Shown here piece by piece: positions 25,812-38,328 of a stretch of 64,000 nucleotides of DNA. The position numbers were made by a program, and so were the translations under genes. Source of the DNA: Lama guanicoe (Eukaryota); the NCBI GenBank assembly GCA_013239625.1, contig MU054001.1, forward strand, positions 5,939,078-6,003,077, given 5' to 3'. Under the pieces are notes generated by a model. The model saw only the letters and a program-made list of their open reading frames with translations. It had not been told where the DNA came from and made no database searches. The stretch's first letter is position 1. Each line of letters opens with the position of its first letter.

Positions 25812-26820
25812 GTAGGTCTCTGGGGCTGTCCGGGATGAGTTTGTTTCCCAGCCCCAGTGCCCCAGATACCTGGCCCAGGTTTAAATTTGGCCAGTGGTTT
25901 ATTGGCACCATGCATATCAGTAGAATGTAACCCTAACTTACCCCTTATTAAAAGCAACAATGGAGAATATTCCTTAGGCCACTGCCATGATTCAGTTGAG
26001 AGCTCTACATGCATTCTCTCAGTTGGTCCTGATTACAACCCTCTGAGGTGTGTACTCCTACCTCCGCTTTTAGAGATGTAGAAATTAAGACTCAGAGAAG
26101 TAACACGTGAGTAACAGAGTGGAGGCTTGACTCCAAGTCCATCTGACTCTAGAGCAGATGAAGTGCCCTACTGCTCCGCCCACAGCCTCATTTACTTACT
26201 GAAACAGTCAAATCCTGAGGAGGTGAGGGGGCGTGGCATGCTCCAGGAATGGCAGGTGTGGCTGGTTTGAGTGGACTGAACCAGCTGTGAGATGGGACCC
26301 TGTCCTATGAGAGTTGCAGCTGGGGTGAGCAAGTGAGAGTGGACACCTGTACAACCCAGGGGGGATTTTTTTCCCCCAGGACTTGGTACTAAGATGAGCA
26401 TCTCCCAAAGCCACTTGGACTTGTCGTGCTGGACAAGTCAGACCCTGACTTACCTTTCCTTGATGACCAGAAAACTCTTTCATCTCATTTCTATTTTGTC
26501 CATGGAAATAGGAATCCTGAAAGCCACGTACACGTGTTTGTGATTCTCTCGAGCCATACGCACATCATTTGTACTCTTTTGGCAAGGTGTCTACGGGGTT
26601 CTATGAATCACACTGTGATTTAAAATTATTAATGACTGCCTGCTCCTTGGTCTCTCCCTGGTGGCCGTTGGCGATATTGAAATGACTGTTATTCTGCACT
26701 TTCTTTTCCATATTAAAATATAGCCAGCTGATAAATGCAAGAGGAGGGGGCAATCAATACAGACGACGCAGGACAATTTTATAGATCGTCAGCGCGAATA
26801 CGGCATTCTCTGTTTTATAG

Positions 26821-26934
26821 ATAATGAAGCTCCCGGAAAAATTACAGGCAGAAGTCACAGAAAATGGAGAAAACTTCTCAGTAGGGGAACGCCAGCTGCT
26901 TTGTATGGCCCGAGCGCTTCTCCGTAATTCAAAA
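26821..26934 (+). CDS. ABCC12: ABCC12 exon: NBD2 degenerate signature
   Basis: ttatag|ATA...AAA|gtaagg; 114 nt; [38 protein letters not shown]. Confidence 0.96.
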
Positions 26935-27442
26935 GTAAGGAAACAGCACGGAAAAGTGGATTGGTCGAATTTTGGATATTTCCTGCAGCGCCACTCAATC
27001 TGGGAGCTAGAGCCAGGCGTTTGTCTTTCAGCAAACAGAGAACAATTGAGCCATTTAAAAACCAATTGCTTTCTCTTAAGACAAAGTTGTGAAGGGTAAA
27101 AATTGAAAAATAACAGCCATTTACAGCAACAGCACCTGCCTCCTCTGGGCCTTTCCCCGGGATGTCTTGTTTAGGTATTCTCTGTCCTGCTAAGTGGCCT
27201 GGATTTGAGAAATCTGCTTCTTAACTTTTTCCCTTTGTCCCTGAACAATTCTGAGGCCTGATAAACAGTACCCAGGATCCCAGAGAAGGCCTTCAGAATG
27301 CCAGGACGTGGGGACTGTAAAATTTATACTCATTTTTCTTAGTGACTTAGCCATCCTTGCTTACTGATTTCAAGGAAGAGGTTGCTGTTGCTTTAGAAAT
27401 CCCATTCTATGAACCCTGATCAAAATGTAACCCATCATATGG

Positions 27443-27760
27443 TGTTGCCAAAATCTGGCCTCTATACCCCGATAGCCAAATTGAGACTTGGAGGCAGAGT
27501 TTTGGGAGAATTAGGAGAGAACAGCTTTATTGCTTTGCCAAGCAGAGGGGAGTCACAGCAGGTTAATGCCTTAGAGACTGCATCCAGCTTGGGATTGGTG
27601 TCCCAAGGTTTTATAGAAAAACTGCATGGAACTGAAAGGCGACAATAATCAGGGTATTTTCCGGGGCACTGTGTTCTTCTTAATTTTGATGAACCCACCT
27701 GGCATCACAGAGAAACTCTAGAGGATCTGTTCTTCTGATGCTTTCAGCCTGTGACCACCT
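27443..27760 (-). mobile_element. ERV-type LTR fragment, antisense in the intron
   Basis: Begins TGTTGCC (minus-strand ...CA end); CAGCTTTATTGCTTTGCC gives a minus-strand AATAAA and TTTTATA a minus-strand TATA-like box; the far boundary is uncertain. Confidence 0.55.
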
Positions 27761-28231
27761 TCCTGGAACACACCTTCTGGGTTAAAGGATAAGCTATTCT
27801 GGGCAGAGAATGTATACTGAGTGGAGAGTGTCATGGAAAGGTTGGGGGCTGTTTAGCACAGATGCATGTAGGCAAGTGAAGCAGAGGTCGGGGTTTGTCA
27901 GAGGAAAGAGAAAAGCAAGTGGCAAGAATTTTCAGTCAGAATGACTCAGCAAACAGCTTTAGCATCAGGGAAGCCATTTTGTTAGTTTCTGTTCTTTCAG
28001 CGCGTTCTCTGGATGTGCTAACGGCAGGGAAGGGAGCCAGCATGCATTTAGTGCTGACTGTGGCGCCCCACACTGCTAAGTGGTCTATGTGCTGCCCTTG
28101 CATTTCATACTCATAGTAAGATATAACCTTCTTGTACAGACGAGGAAACAGCCTTGGAGAAGTTAAGTAATTTAGCCAAGGGCAAGCAGAATTAGAGCTG
28201 AGCTCAAGCCCTCTGACTGGCAAACCAGCAC

Positions 28232-28708
28232 CACGGCAGAAGGAATAATATCCCCCTCCCACCCCCATCCTGCAAAGATGCCCACATCCTCATATCCGGA
28301 ATCTCTGAATGTGTTACTTTACTTGGGAAAAGGGGGCTTTGCACATGTGATTAGGTTATGGATCTTGAGATAGGGAGGTTATCCTGGATTACCTTGGTAG
28401 GTCCAGTGTAACCACAAGTCTTTATAAGAGGGAGGCAAGAGGGTCAGAAAGAGAGAAGATGTGATGATGGAAGTAGAAGTTAGAGCGATGCCAGGAAGGG
28501 GCCATGAGCCAAGGAAGGCAGGCAGCCTCTAGAAGCTGGAAAAGGCAAGAAAATCATTTCTTCTCTTGAGCCTTCAAAAAGAGTGCAGTCCTGACAATGC
28601 CATGCCTTTAGGACTACTGCCCTCCAGAACTGCAGGGTGATAAGTTTATGTTGTTTTGAGCCTCTAAGTTGTACTAATTTGTTATAGCAGCAATAGGAAA
28701 CTAACACA
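28232..28708 (+). mobile_element. MaLR LTR (MLT1D-like)
   Basis: GGCAGAAGGAATAAT...GAATGTGTTACTTTAC...GGATCTTGAGATAGGGAGGTTATCCTGGATTA...CTAGAAGCTGGAAAAGGCAAG...TTTGTTATAGCAGCAATAGGAAACTAACACA. Confidence 0.85.
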
Positions 28709-29052
28709 AGTGCTGTTACTGTACCTCATGCTGACTCATGTCAGCACATGATAGCACTAGATAAAGCCCATGAGGTGTGTCTTCCTGCTAGTTTGTAGGA
28801 TTAGAATAAACCACTTATAAAAAGAAGAGTAAAGAACACACAACCTTGTTTCTCCAGCAAGTCCCTCTGCAGAAGATGAAGACGGTGTGATGTGACTTTC
28901 ATTCTGTTGTTCTTTTTCTAACTTTTTGAGGTGGCTACTTAGCTCATTACTTTTCAGCCCTTCTTCTTTAATGAATAGAGCTAAGGCTATAAGTTTCCCT
29001 CTAGGTACAGCTTTGGCTTAGTGTGGCTTTCACAGTGTTCTTTCCTCCACAG

Positions 29053-29217
29053 ATCATTCTCCTTGATGAAGCCACTGCCTCCATGGACTCTAAGACCGAC
29101 ACCCTTGTTCAGAGCACCATCAAAGACGCCTTCAAAGACTGCACGGTGTTGACCATCGCCCACCGCCTCAACACGGTCCTCAACTGCGACCTCGTCCTGG
29201 TCATGGAAAACGGGAAG
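29053..29217 (+). CDS. ABCC12: ABCC12 exon: NBD2 Walker B and H-loop
   Basis: ccacag|ATC...AAG|gtgcag; 165 nt; [55 protein letters not shown]. Confidence 0.95.
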
Positions 29218-29319
29218 GTGCAGGACGTTGGCGTCACTTCTCCAGAGGCTTCAGGGGTTTGGGCTCTATGGTGGGTGGCTATTGTCTGGCAATTTCAGTT
29301 CTTCTTCTCTGACTTTCAG

Positions 29320-29412
29320 GTGGTCGAGTTTGACAAGCCTGAAGTCCTTGCTGAGAAGCCAGATTCTGCATTTGCGATGTTACTGGCAGCAGAAAATAAA
29401 CTCCGACTGTAA
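29320..29412 (+). CDS. ABCC12: ABCC12 last coding exon to the stop codon
   Basis: tttcag|GTG...TAA; 93 nt; [30 protein letters not shown]. Confidence 0.94.
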   Translation: MVEFDKPEVLAEKPDSAFAMLLAAENKLRL

Positions 29413-30072
29413 ACATCCCCGCTGGGGCCACGTCAGCTGCTTTTAGAAGAGGAGGAGGCTATGTGAGATGAGTCAGTGCACCTGCAGTGGGGAGGCTGTC
29501 ATCTGGGCAGGGTGGAGGGCAGCCCTGGTCCACCATCCCTCCCATGCCAAGAGCACAGGCTGAGCCGGGGCGGACCTGCTTCCCTGCCTTGCCCAGCACA
29601 CGCCTTCTGATCTCACTTGGAGGGCTTGGCATTGTTCTGGGTGATAAACAGAGGCAGGTGAAGCTAGTAGATAAAAAACTGCCCCCACGTCCTAAAACCC
29701 CAAAGGTCCCTCATACGTTCTCATCAATACCACTTTAGTGCATGGGAGTGAAAACATTGTAACTTTCAGTTAAAAACTGGTTAAACAGAATGGGAAAATT
29801 CCTAAGGTTGGCCTTTATAAAGGTTCCCTGCCTTGTTATCAAAAGGGAAGAGAACAGAGTTTTCTTCCCTCTTAACTCCTGTTCTTGTCTATTTGGAGTG
29901 TGTGACAAGCCCTAACTACAGAGATCTGTAGCATGAAAGATTGATTACAGTGTCTGGTGAAAATTTTTTAAAAAATCATATTGTATGCCCCATTTGATCT
30001 ATTAGAATAACCAGGAAAACAAAATGTTGGAGTTTCTCTATAAATGACATTTTTATATCTTCTATATTGGTC

Positions 30073-30202
30073 ATTAAAATGCAGTAGGAAATTAAACTAC
30101 CCTGAAATGTTGCCTTGCAATTATTTTGCTGAAGATATTCTAATTTCTGTACTGTTTTCTGTCACAGAGCCTTGTTGCTTTCGCCATTGACTCAGTAATA
30201 AA
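30073..30202 (+). terminator. Candidate ABCC12 polyadenylation signals
   Basis: ATTAAA at 30073-30078, a second ATTAAA at ~30091 and AATAAA at 30197-30202, in an AT/U-rich stretch 0.66-0.8 kb after the stop codon. Confidence 0.45.
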
Positions 30203-31449
30203 CCCCTACAGCGTTTCCCAAATACAAGTCTTTCTTTCCCACCTCAAGGTTTACTATGACGGAGGCAGTAAACACACAGTCCCAGCAGCTGAGGGGTGAG
30301 TGCTGCTGATTCATGGTGACATTTGGAAGAAAAAAAAAAAGAAAATTCAAAGGGCTTTTGTGCAGTGGTTGCCACAATCTGGCTGTTTCTCATTCCTTGG
30401 GATTGGAAGCACTACCGATGTTTCAATGAGGTGTCCTAGACCCGCCTCCCGGACTCCAGGCTGAGCTCCGGACGTGGCTCAGAGCAGTGATGGCCAGTGA
30501 ACCTTCCACCCCTTCCCCTCCTTCGTCTTGGTCCCATGCCATCCTTCCAACCTTCCAAACATGGAGAAAGGCAAGCCTGGCACACAGCACTCAAGAACGA
30601 GTGACATGAGTGCAATGAGTGCGTGACACCCTGATGAACTCATCTGGCAGGTCCCCCTCCATCCTCCTACTCCCAAGATAGATTTGCATGTTAAGGGTTT
30701 AATCTGGAAAGGCTGAAATTGAGGGCAGACATGCCATTGGCTAGCATCTCAAAGACTGGGCTCGTGGGCTTTGCCTCCAACAAATCATTCTCCAGCCCTC
30801 CTCTGGCCAGACCCTGGCAGGTGTGTCCTGGACCAGAGGGGAAGCAGGCACAGCTGGCTGCAGGTAGGTCTCCCATCTGATGAGTGTTAAGGCCCTGGCT
30901 AAGGCAATTCGGCCATCAGCAGACCACAGCAAGAAGGATGTGGTTGAAAATGCCACGAGTGAGAGGGCTCCTTTCACGGGCAGCTCCCTGCCACGTTCAG
31001 CTCTCCCCATGAAGGGACGCAGTGCATCTTTGAACCGTCCACTGTCCTGACCTCCCGACCTGAACCTTCTCCCATCACAGGATGTGACCCTGATCTGAAG
31101 TCACTGGGCTCCAGAACAGCTGCCCAGGCTGAGTTTGGCCTTCGCCTTGATGGATGTCCAGTGACTCCCCCATGGGGCAAGCAGACCAGGCGCTTTGTGC
31201 TGGCCATGGGAATCCACACCAGCTGTGTATTCGGGGATGATGCTTTATTTTCTGCCAGCTCAGCACCAGCCAGCCAATCAGTCTATGATTTCAGGAAGGT
31301 GTTTCCATGAAGGCAGTGGGGAGCCAAGGCTACACAGATCCCTGTGGCTCATTCACATGCACTGAAAGATGACTCACCTCCTGGTACTTGTTTCTGCCCT
31401 TGCTGCCATTGGTCTGTCCTGCCCAGAAAAGAAGACCGACCCTGACACC

Positions 31450-31670
31450 TGGTGAGCCCCTGCACTGTGCCTGGCACCATGATGAGCACTTTTACATGAA
31501 TAAGTTCATTGAATCTTCACCTCACCCCATGAAATGGACACTTTTATTATTCCCATTTTCCAGAGGTGGAAACTGAGGCTCAAAGAGGTTAGTAACTTAG
31601 CTATAGATGTATAAGAAGGAAGGAAGAGAGGTGGGATTTGAGTCCTAAGCAGTCTGACTCTTACCCCTTT
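31450..31670 (-). mobile_element. MIR SINE
   Basis: TTATTATTCCCATTTTCCAGAGGTGGAAACTGAGGCTCAAAGAGGTTAGTAACTT. Confidence 0.7.
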
Positions 31671-31930
31671 CCTAGAGCCTCTCATGCCCCTCCCCCTCAG
31701 CCTGTAGCAAGGACAGGGACAGTGATGGTTGTTAGCATGGCTCACTGCAGAGTGACTTTTGGAGGGACGTTGATTGTTTGCATGTGCTAGGACATGGAAT
31801 AGTCTCCCTAACCCTACCCCTAACTGTAACCCTAACCCTCAGTGAGCCCTCGCTTCCCTCCTCTTACTGTCACTGAAATGTCAGCCAGGGAGAGAGTATG
31901 TTGAATATAATACCCAGTGTTGAGCTGCTA

Positions 31931-32353
31931 TAGGCAGACCTTGGAGATATTGCAGGTTTGGTTCCAGACCACAGCAATAAAGAAACAATGCAATAAAGTG
32001 AGTCGCAATATTTTTTGATTTCCCAGTGCACAGTAAAGTTGTATTTGCACGATACTGTAGTCCACAAAGTGTGCAATAGCATTCTGTCTAAAAAAAAACA
32101 ATGCACATGTCTTAATAAAAAAATACTTTATTGCTAAAAAATGCTAATCATCCTCTGAGCCTCTTCAGTGAATCTTAGTAGTAACATCAAAGTTCACTGA
32201 TCACCGTAACAAATACAATAACAAAGAAAAATTTGAAATATTGTAAGAATTGCCAAAATGTGACAAAGAGACACAAAATGAGCATATGCAGTTGGACAAC
32301 TGGTGCCAATAGACGTGCTTGGTGCAGGGTTGCTACAAACCTCCGATTTGTAA
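31931..32353 (-). mobile_element. Tigger1-derived non-autonomous element (Tigger1a_Art-like), one end missing
   Basis: TA followed by TAGGCAGACCTTGGAGATATTGCAGGTTTGGTTCCAGACCACAGCAATAAAG (recalled Tigger1 terminus), joined to ...CAGGGTTGCTACAAACC from near the other end, implying an internal deletion. Confidence 0.8.
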
Positions 32354-33379
32354 TTGCTCGTGAAATCCAAACCCAGGCAGGCTGACACTACAATGCGTGC
32401 TCCTCAGTCCCATGCAGCCCTGCTGAGACTATCTAGGTGAGAAAGATCCCGGTGCTCAGAGTTAAAAAGCCTATGCATTGGTCAGGATCAGGCTCAGTTA
32501 TGCTGTGGTAACAAACAGCCTCGCATCTCAGTGGTTTATTTCCTGCTGACATGACACGCCCATCACGGGTCAGCTGTGCCACTGCTGCTTCTCTCCTTCA
32601 CTCTGCAGCCCGGGGTGGGCAAAACAATCAGAAGTGCCACACGCCACTTCACCACATTTCCTGGGTGTAACAAATCACCTGGCTACCCCCAAGTTCGACA
32701 GGGAGGTAGGGTATGTACTCCACCTGCAGAGACAGGCACCATGAGGCCCGTGGTTCCTGTGGGAAGTTGTATAATCCACTTCTTGGGAAGGGCAGCAGAT
32801 ACTTTGAACCACATTACAACCTACCACAGCCTGGGTTTGGGTCTTAATTTTGGCAGCCACTTAAATTTGAGTGGCTATGTGATCTGGGGAAAGTAGTTTG
32901 CCCTCTCTGAGCCTCCATTCACTCATCTGTAAAATTTAGGGGTTTGGACTGAGTGCTAAGGTTCTTTTCAGTCTTGACTTTCAAGAGAGGAGAAGTAAAA
33001 AGGAGATATGAAAATAGTTTCAAAAGAGTGGAATTTGGAGCTTCAAGGGGATTATAGTAAACTCTAAACATTTTTGTAACGTTAAATTTGTAAAGTAAGT
33101 CGAACAAGATTTAACCAAGTTCTATGTCTTCCCTTAGTGTCTACTCTGATGCTCATTAGGACATAAAAACTTCTTTGAAATTTTCTTCTCATTTTATTTG
33201 GTGTCCCAGTTTTGCTGTGTTCTGTCAATCTGCCTGTCTCTTGGGTGATCATATGTTCAATGCTGCGAGTCAGAACCCTTCGAAGATCCTTGTTAGATGC
33301 CAGCAGAGAGTAGAATATGCCACTCACAAGCACTGTTACTATAAATCACAAATTATCTGTGGCGTGTTTCAGGACAGCT

Positions 33380-33592
33380 GATGGGCCAAATCCAGCCGAT
33401 GGGCCAAATACAGCCTGCCTGTTTTTTTTTTTTTAAATAAAGTTTTACTGGAGTGCGGCCACTCTCGTTTGTTAGTACATTACCTCTGGCTGCTTCTTGG
33501 CAAAAGCTGAGTAGTTGCAATGAAACGTATGTCCTCAAAGCCAAAACGATTTACTGCCCTGGCCCTTTACAGAAAAAGCTTGCTGACTCCTG
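33380..33592 (+). mobile_element. MER58A-like hAT-Charlie fossil
   Basis: GGGCCAAATACAGCC...AAATAAAGTTTTACTGGA...GAGTAGTTGCAA...CTGGCCCTTTACAGAAAAAGCTTGCTGACTCCTG. Confidence 0.8.
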
Positions 33593-34584
33593 GTTTGGGC
33601 ATTGGTATGCAAAGCAATTCAGGTCAATGAGATGGAAGAGGGAACTTGGCTGAGGGTTGAGGGGGGGGTTCCGGAAAGCATTCTCTCCCATGGCCTGTGT
33701 GTGGCCTTGTGACCATGCAGGAAGTGGAGAGCTGGATGGAGCACAAGGCCTTGCTTATGACATTGAACTGCCGACCCTGCAGTCACCCCACCTCTTGTCA
33801 TGTGAGAGGATGCCTTTTCCTTATTGTTCAGACCAGCTGGAGGTGATCTGCTGTTACTTGCAGCCAAACACATCACAAATGATGCAGAGGACAATGACGT
33901 CCTCCCTCCCGGGAAGATGCCGACCCTGACCTGAGGAAAAGTGGTCCCTGCTCTGGACTTACACCCATCTTCCTCTACCTTAGAAGTGATAAGAATTGGA
34001 AATTCTTATCTCCTGACAAAGATTGATGCCACTTATGAATATTTCCTTCACCTTCCCTTCCTGCTGCCTGAGATCAGAAGGATCCAAAAAGAACTCACAG
34101 ACTTTATTCTTGCTATTCAAGTGAACAGATCTGAAATTGGCCCAGAATTGTTGGTAGAAATGTGAAATATTCTCTGCTAGGAGTTAGAATCACTTTGGCC
34201 AGAACAGTATGATTTAAAATGAAGTGAAAAGCACAAGAGGTCAGTTTGGGGTCAGATGGACGATCAAAGAATTCACTTTTCTTTTGGCCCTGTGAAGAAG
34301 GTCACTTCTGGCTGAAGCTAAATCGGGCACTAAAACCTTCAAATAAATGCTGATTTCCACAGAGAGGGTCTGCCTGACTCCACGATGTGCATGTTCACCG
34401 CTCCCACCCAAGAACTTTCCCTCTGGTGGGACTGGCATTAAAGGACCAGAGCCAGGCTGTTTCTACAGTTTCAGCACAAAGCAGGGCAGCACCCAGGTTG
34501 ATGTTTATCTGCAGCTCTAGGAGCCTCTGGCAAAAGCCACACCCAAAGAAACCTAAATTTAAATTGGTCTATGGCAATTGTTTT

Positions 34585-34965
34585 ACATTTCTTAAAACAC
34601 ATTTTATTATGTTAAAATATGCATAACATAAAATTTTACCATTTTAACCATTTTCAAGTGTACAGCTCAGTGGCACTAAGTACATTCACGTTGTTGAGCA
34701 CCCATCACCGTCACCCATGGCCAAAAACTTTTCATTACCCCAAACTGACTACTCTGAGTCCCTCATATAAGTGGAATTATACACTGTTTGTCTTTTAGTG
34801 ACAGCGTCATTTCTCTTAGCTTAATGTCTTCAAGGCACGTGTCAGAAATTCCTCCTTTTTCACAACTATCCTAATAAGTGTGAAGCCGTATCTCATTCTA
34901 GATTTGATTTGTCCCTGTTGTTTAGCGACATAGAGCATCTTTTCATGTGCTGATTGGCTTTGCAT
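34585..34965 (-). mobile_element. Old L1 (L1M) 3' fragments
   Basis: ATAACATAAAATTTTACCATTTTAACCATTTTCAAGTGTACAGCTCAGTGGCACTAAGTACATTCAC; later GTATCTCATT...GAGCATCTTTTCATGTGC. Confidence 0.75.
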
Positions 34966-37900
34966 TTCTTTTAAAGAGAAATTTGCACAGCATGTAAGAA
35001 TCTTAACAGAAGAAACAGTGTTCCACTGCCTTGCAAATTCCTTCTCTGATACAGTGCCTTGAACATTCTCACTGTGTCAGAATGCAGACAGGAATTTAGA
35101 GGCTACAATTATTAGCTATGGACTAAACACCTGACGTGACCTACGGCGTGTTATGAAGTCTTTAAAACAACCCATGAATTAGAAATGGTCCTTCCTGTTT
35201 GTCCAAGGAGGTGATGGAATCTGCCCAAGTTTACCCAGATGGTAGGTAGATGAAACTGGATTTGTACCCCAAAGCCCACCCTCTCAGTCCAATCCCTTCA
35301 CTTTAAAGATGAGGGAGCTGAAGCTGGAAAGTCTAAAACTGGTCCAGGTTTATCCAAAGAGGAATGGGGGAAGACTAGGTCCTGAATTCCAATTTGGTGC
35401 TACATCCGAGATGCCACACTGGCTGATGCACAGACTGTTCTAAAAAAGATGGACAGTGGCCCAGTTCTGAGACCCGACCCATACAGCAAATAAAAAAAAT
35501 AATAGTTCTTTCTTTCAGGAAACTTATGATATTGCTGGGGAAATTGACTTAAAAGTGCCAAAGAACATACATTAAAATGCAGGAGGATGGAGTGGAAAGT
35601 TAGATGTGAGCTCATTCATTCATTCTTTCATTCATTGATACATTCACTCATTCAGTATTTTAACTGATCATTCACTCTTTTGATCCTTCCTCCCATTTGA
35701 AAAAAAAAGAAGAGGTGAATGAATTTTGGAAGAGATGAGAATGATTCTGGAAACAACCAACAGTCCCCGTGGGACAAGTGGGGGCCACAAAGGCGGGGGC
35801 CTGGGAAGGGGAATCATCCGAAGACCTGAGGTGAGGAGGACCTGGTGGAGAGAGGCAGCAGGTCACAGCCTAACTCGGGCTGAACTCTGTTTGGAAGATT
35901 GTCAGCTACTTCACTGTCTGTGTCTCCAAGCACAGTTGGAGACCACCAACAGCTTGGACAGAATTGGTGACAGAACAGTTTGTTGTGGAAACAATTAGGG
36001 CAGGTGCTGGGAAGAGCCCACGAGCAATCAAGGGAGTCTGGCCAAGGAGAGCAGGGCCTCCGACAGTCCTACTGCCAACAAGTTCCAGGGGACAGAAACA
36101 GGTTGGTTCTGCCACATCACACCCCCCTCATCCCCAGCGCAGGCAGGATGGTGTCCTAAGGACAAACTGCCAGAGACATGCAAGGGTCACGTTCGCCAGC
36201 CTGTAAGGTGCACACTGCCCACCAGCAGGAAGCTCTCTCCTGGGTACGCAGATGAAGGGAAGCCTGGTTCCCTCTGGGGCATCTGTTTCAACTGTGTGCC
36301 TCTTTGCTTCTGCAACGGGTAAGACTGAGATTATCTGCGCAGCAATCACCCCTGGCTCATTTAAGATCATTTAGGAAATGACAAGGCCACTCCGTGCAGA
36401 GAGCACATTTGGCTTGACAACCCGAGGGCTTCTTTGCTAAGTGGTCGTAATGGTGCTGCAACACTAATCAGATTCTTCCGGCTTCTCCGACGTGGGGATT
36501 TCTGAGCCAAGTGTTCTCACTCTAAGCAAAGGCAACCTGTTAATATCCACACTGACAAACTAGAGGACAGAGACATGTGTCGTGGAGGAACTAGCCTGGC
36601 CCTGGGGTACTGGGAAACGCTGTGGCGCTCTGTCCAGATCCCTCTGGTCATGGGATGTTTCCGCTTGCTCCTGTTCCCGGAGGTCTCTCTCTACCCTTCT
36701 TCCCAGGACCACCTTGGGCTACAGGAGCTGCTCAGTGCACACACGAAAAGACAGAAGAGGCTAGAAGTTTACATTCCTCCAGGGCAGCTCTGAGCTGAGA
36801 GGCCCAGCTCCCTGGTCTCAGGGTGGGACTGTTTGGAAGTGTAACTCGCACTTGCAGGTTCTCGTGTGGGATCAGGCTGGAGGGAGCCCATTAAGGATTT
36901 GGCCAAAATGTGGACCTCTCCCCTTCCTCGTCTTGCTCTCCCCTGGCCCTTGTAGATTTCCTTGGTAAATTACTAGCATATAAATCCCTGTCTCTGGGTC
37001 TATTTCTAGGAAAGCCTACTTAAGGCAGAAGGTCAAAGAAATCTCAGCTCAAACCCAAACCCATCATTTCCAAGATCTCAGTGCCTCTTGGGGGACCAGT
37101 ACCCACTCTCTTCTTAGCCCAGGACCCAAGCATTTCAGATGATGTTGACCCACCAACTGTCCCTGGGGGTGGACCTGGGAAAGAGACGGGGCCCATCAGA
37201 GAGTCACACCTCTGTGGTGTTGTGAGAGGTTTAGGATGGGCTCTTACCCAAGTCAGAGCCAAACTCAGAGCTTTAGCTGGAACTAAGGGGGAAACGGGGA
37301 ATTCTCCTTCTTGGATGGGGAGGGGGGAACCACAGACCTCTTTAGCTTCACGCTTTCAGGTGCCGTTTTTGATATTCTGAGGAGAGCATCTGCCTGAGAA
37401 GAGAGACAGCACAGAAGAACACAGATCCGAGAGATGGGCAAGATGTTACTGTGTGTCCTGGGCATTCCTCATCTGCGAGATAGCGTGGTCCCTGCTGGTG
37501 GATTTGCTGCTGACTCCTGGTGACCTCAGAGCTTCCTAATCCTCAGAGTACCCAAATGTCCCCACTATGCCAGAGCCACACTGTGCTGAGTCCTGGATGG
37601 GAAGGAGGACCCTCATCAGAAGCCCACGCAGCCCACCGGGCCAGGCTGGGAACCGGGCACTCTTTCAGGCCCAGGCCTCTCTGCATAGACTCTCCTGCTA
37701 CAAATCAGCCCCGGGGGGGCCTGTGCTGTTACACTGTCCTACCAGAAACTTGAAGCCCAGAAAGAATAACCCATTTATTCAGTGCGTGCCCCGTGCCACA
37801 CACTGTTTTACGAGCTTTGCAGGATGACCTCATTCGCTTCTTGCGAGAGCGTGGTTAGGATCCGCGTCTCACTTGCTCAAGGATCCTGAATTTTAAAAGT

Positions 37901-38264
37901 ACCGTTAAGCTTTTTCAGTGATTTTACATCTTTAATCTCCTTTTATCATCACAACAGTTTCCTGAACATGGATTATTAGCCCTCGTTTAGAATTTTAAAA
38001 AAAAGCCCAAAGCATAAAAAGTTGAAATAAATTACCTATGGTCAGGCAAGGGCTCTCAAGTCAGCATTCATTCACAAAAGCACGGAAGCTCAGAGTTGGA
38101 GGGAACGTTGGAAACCATGCAGTTCCAATTGCTTATCGAACTAGGGGGAGGTGGAGGCGCAAAGGAGAGAAGGGTCTGCCTAAAAGCATGTTGGGGTCTG
38201 GAGTCTTAATCTCAGATCTTTTATTCTACCGTGATCCTCGGAGAGATGTGACTGTCTCTCTGCA

Positions 38265-38296
<32 letters not shown>

Positions 38297-38328
38297 TCAC
38301 ACACACACACACACACACTCACACCACA
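38265..38328. repeat. Compound (TC)n(CA)n microsatellite
   Basis: Visible directly in the sequence. Confidence 0.95.

Noticed and set aside
29404..29412. C-terminal -LRL as a peroxisomal PTS1 signal
   Set aside because: Does not fit (S/A/C)(K/R/H)(L/M) at position -3, and PTS1 targets matrix proteins rather than polytopic membrane proteins
33380..33415. 18-bp tandem duplication GATGGGCCAAAT(C/A)CAGCC; similar 10-bp duplication GTGGGATAAG at ~6064
   Set aside because: Ordinary slippage events, one of them inside a MER58 fossil; not an array or a CRISPR-like structure
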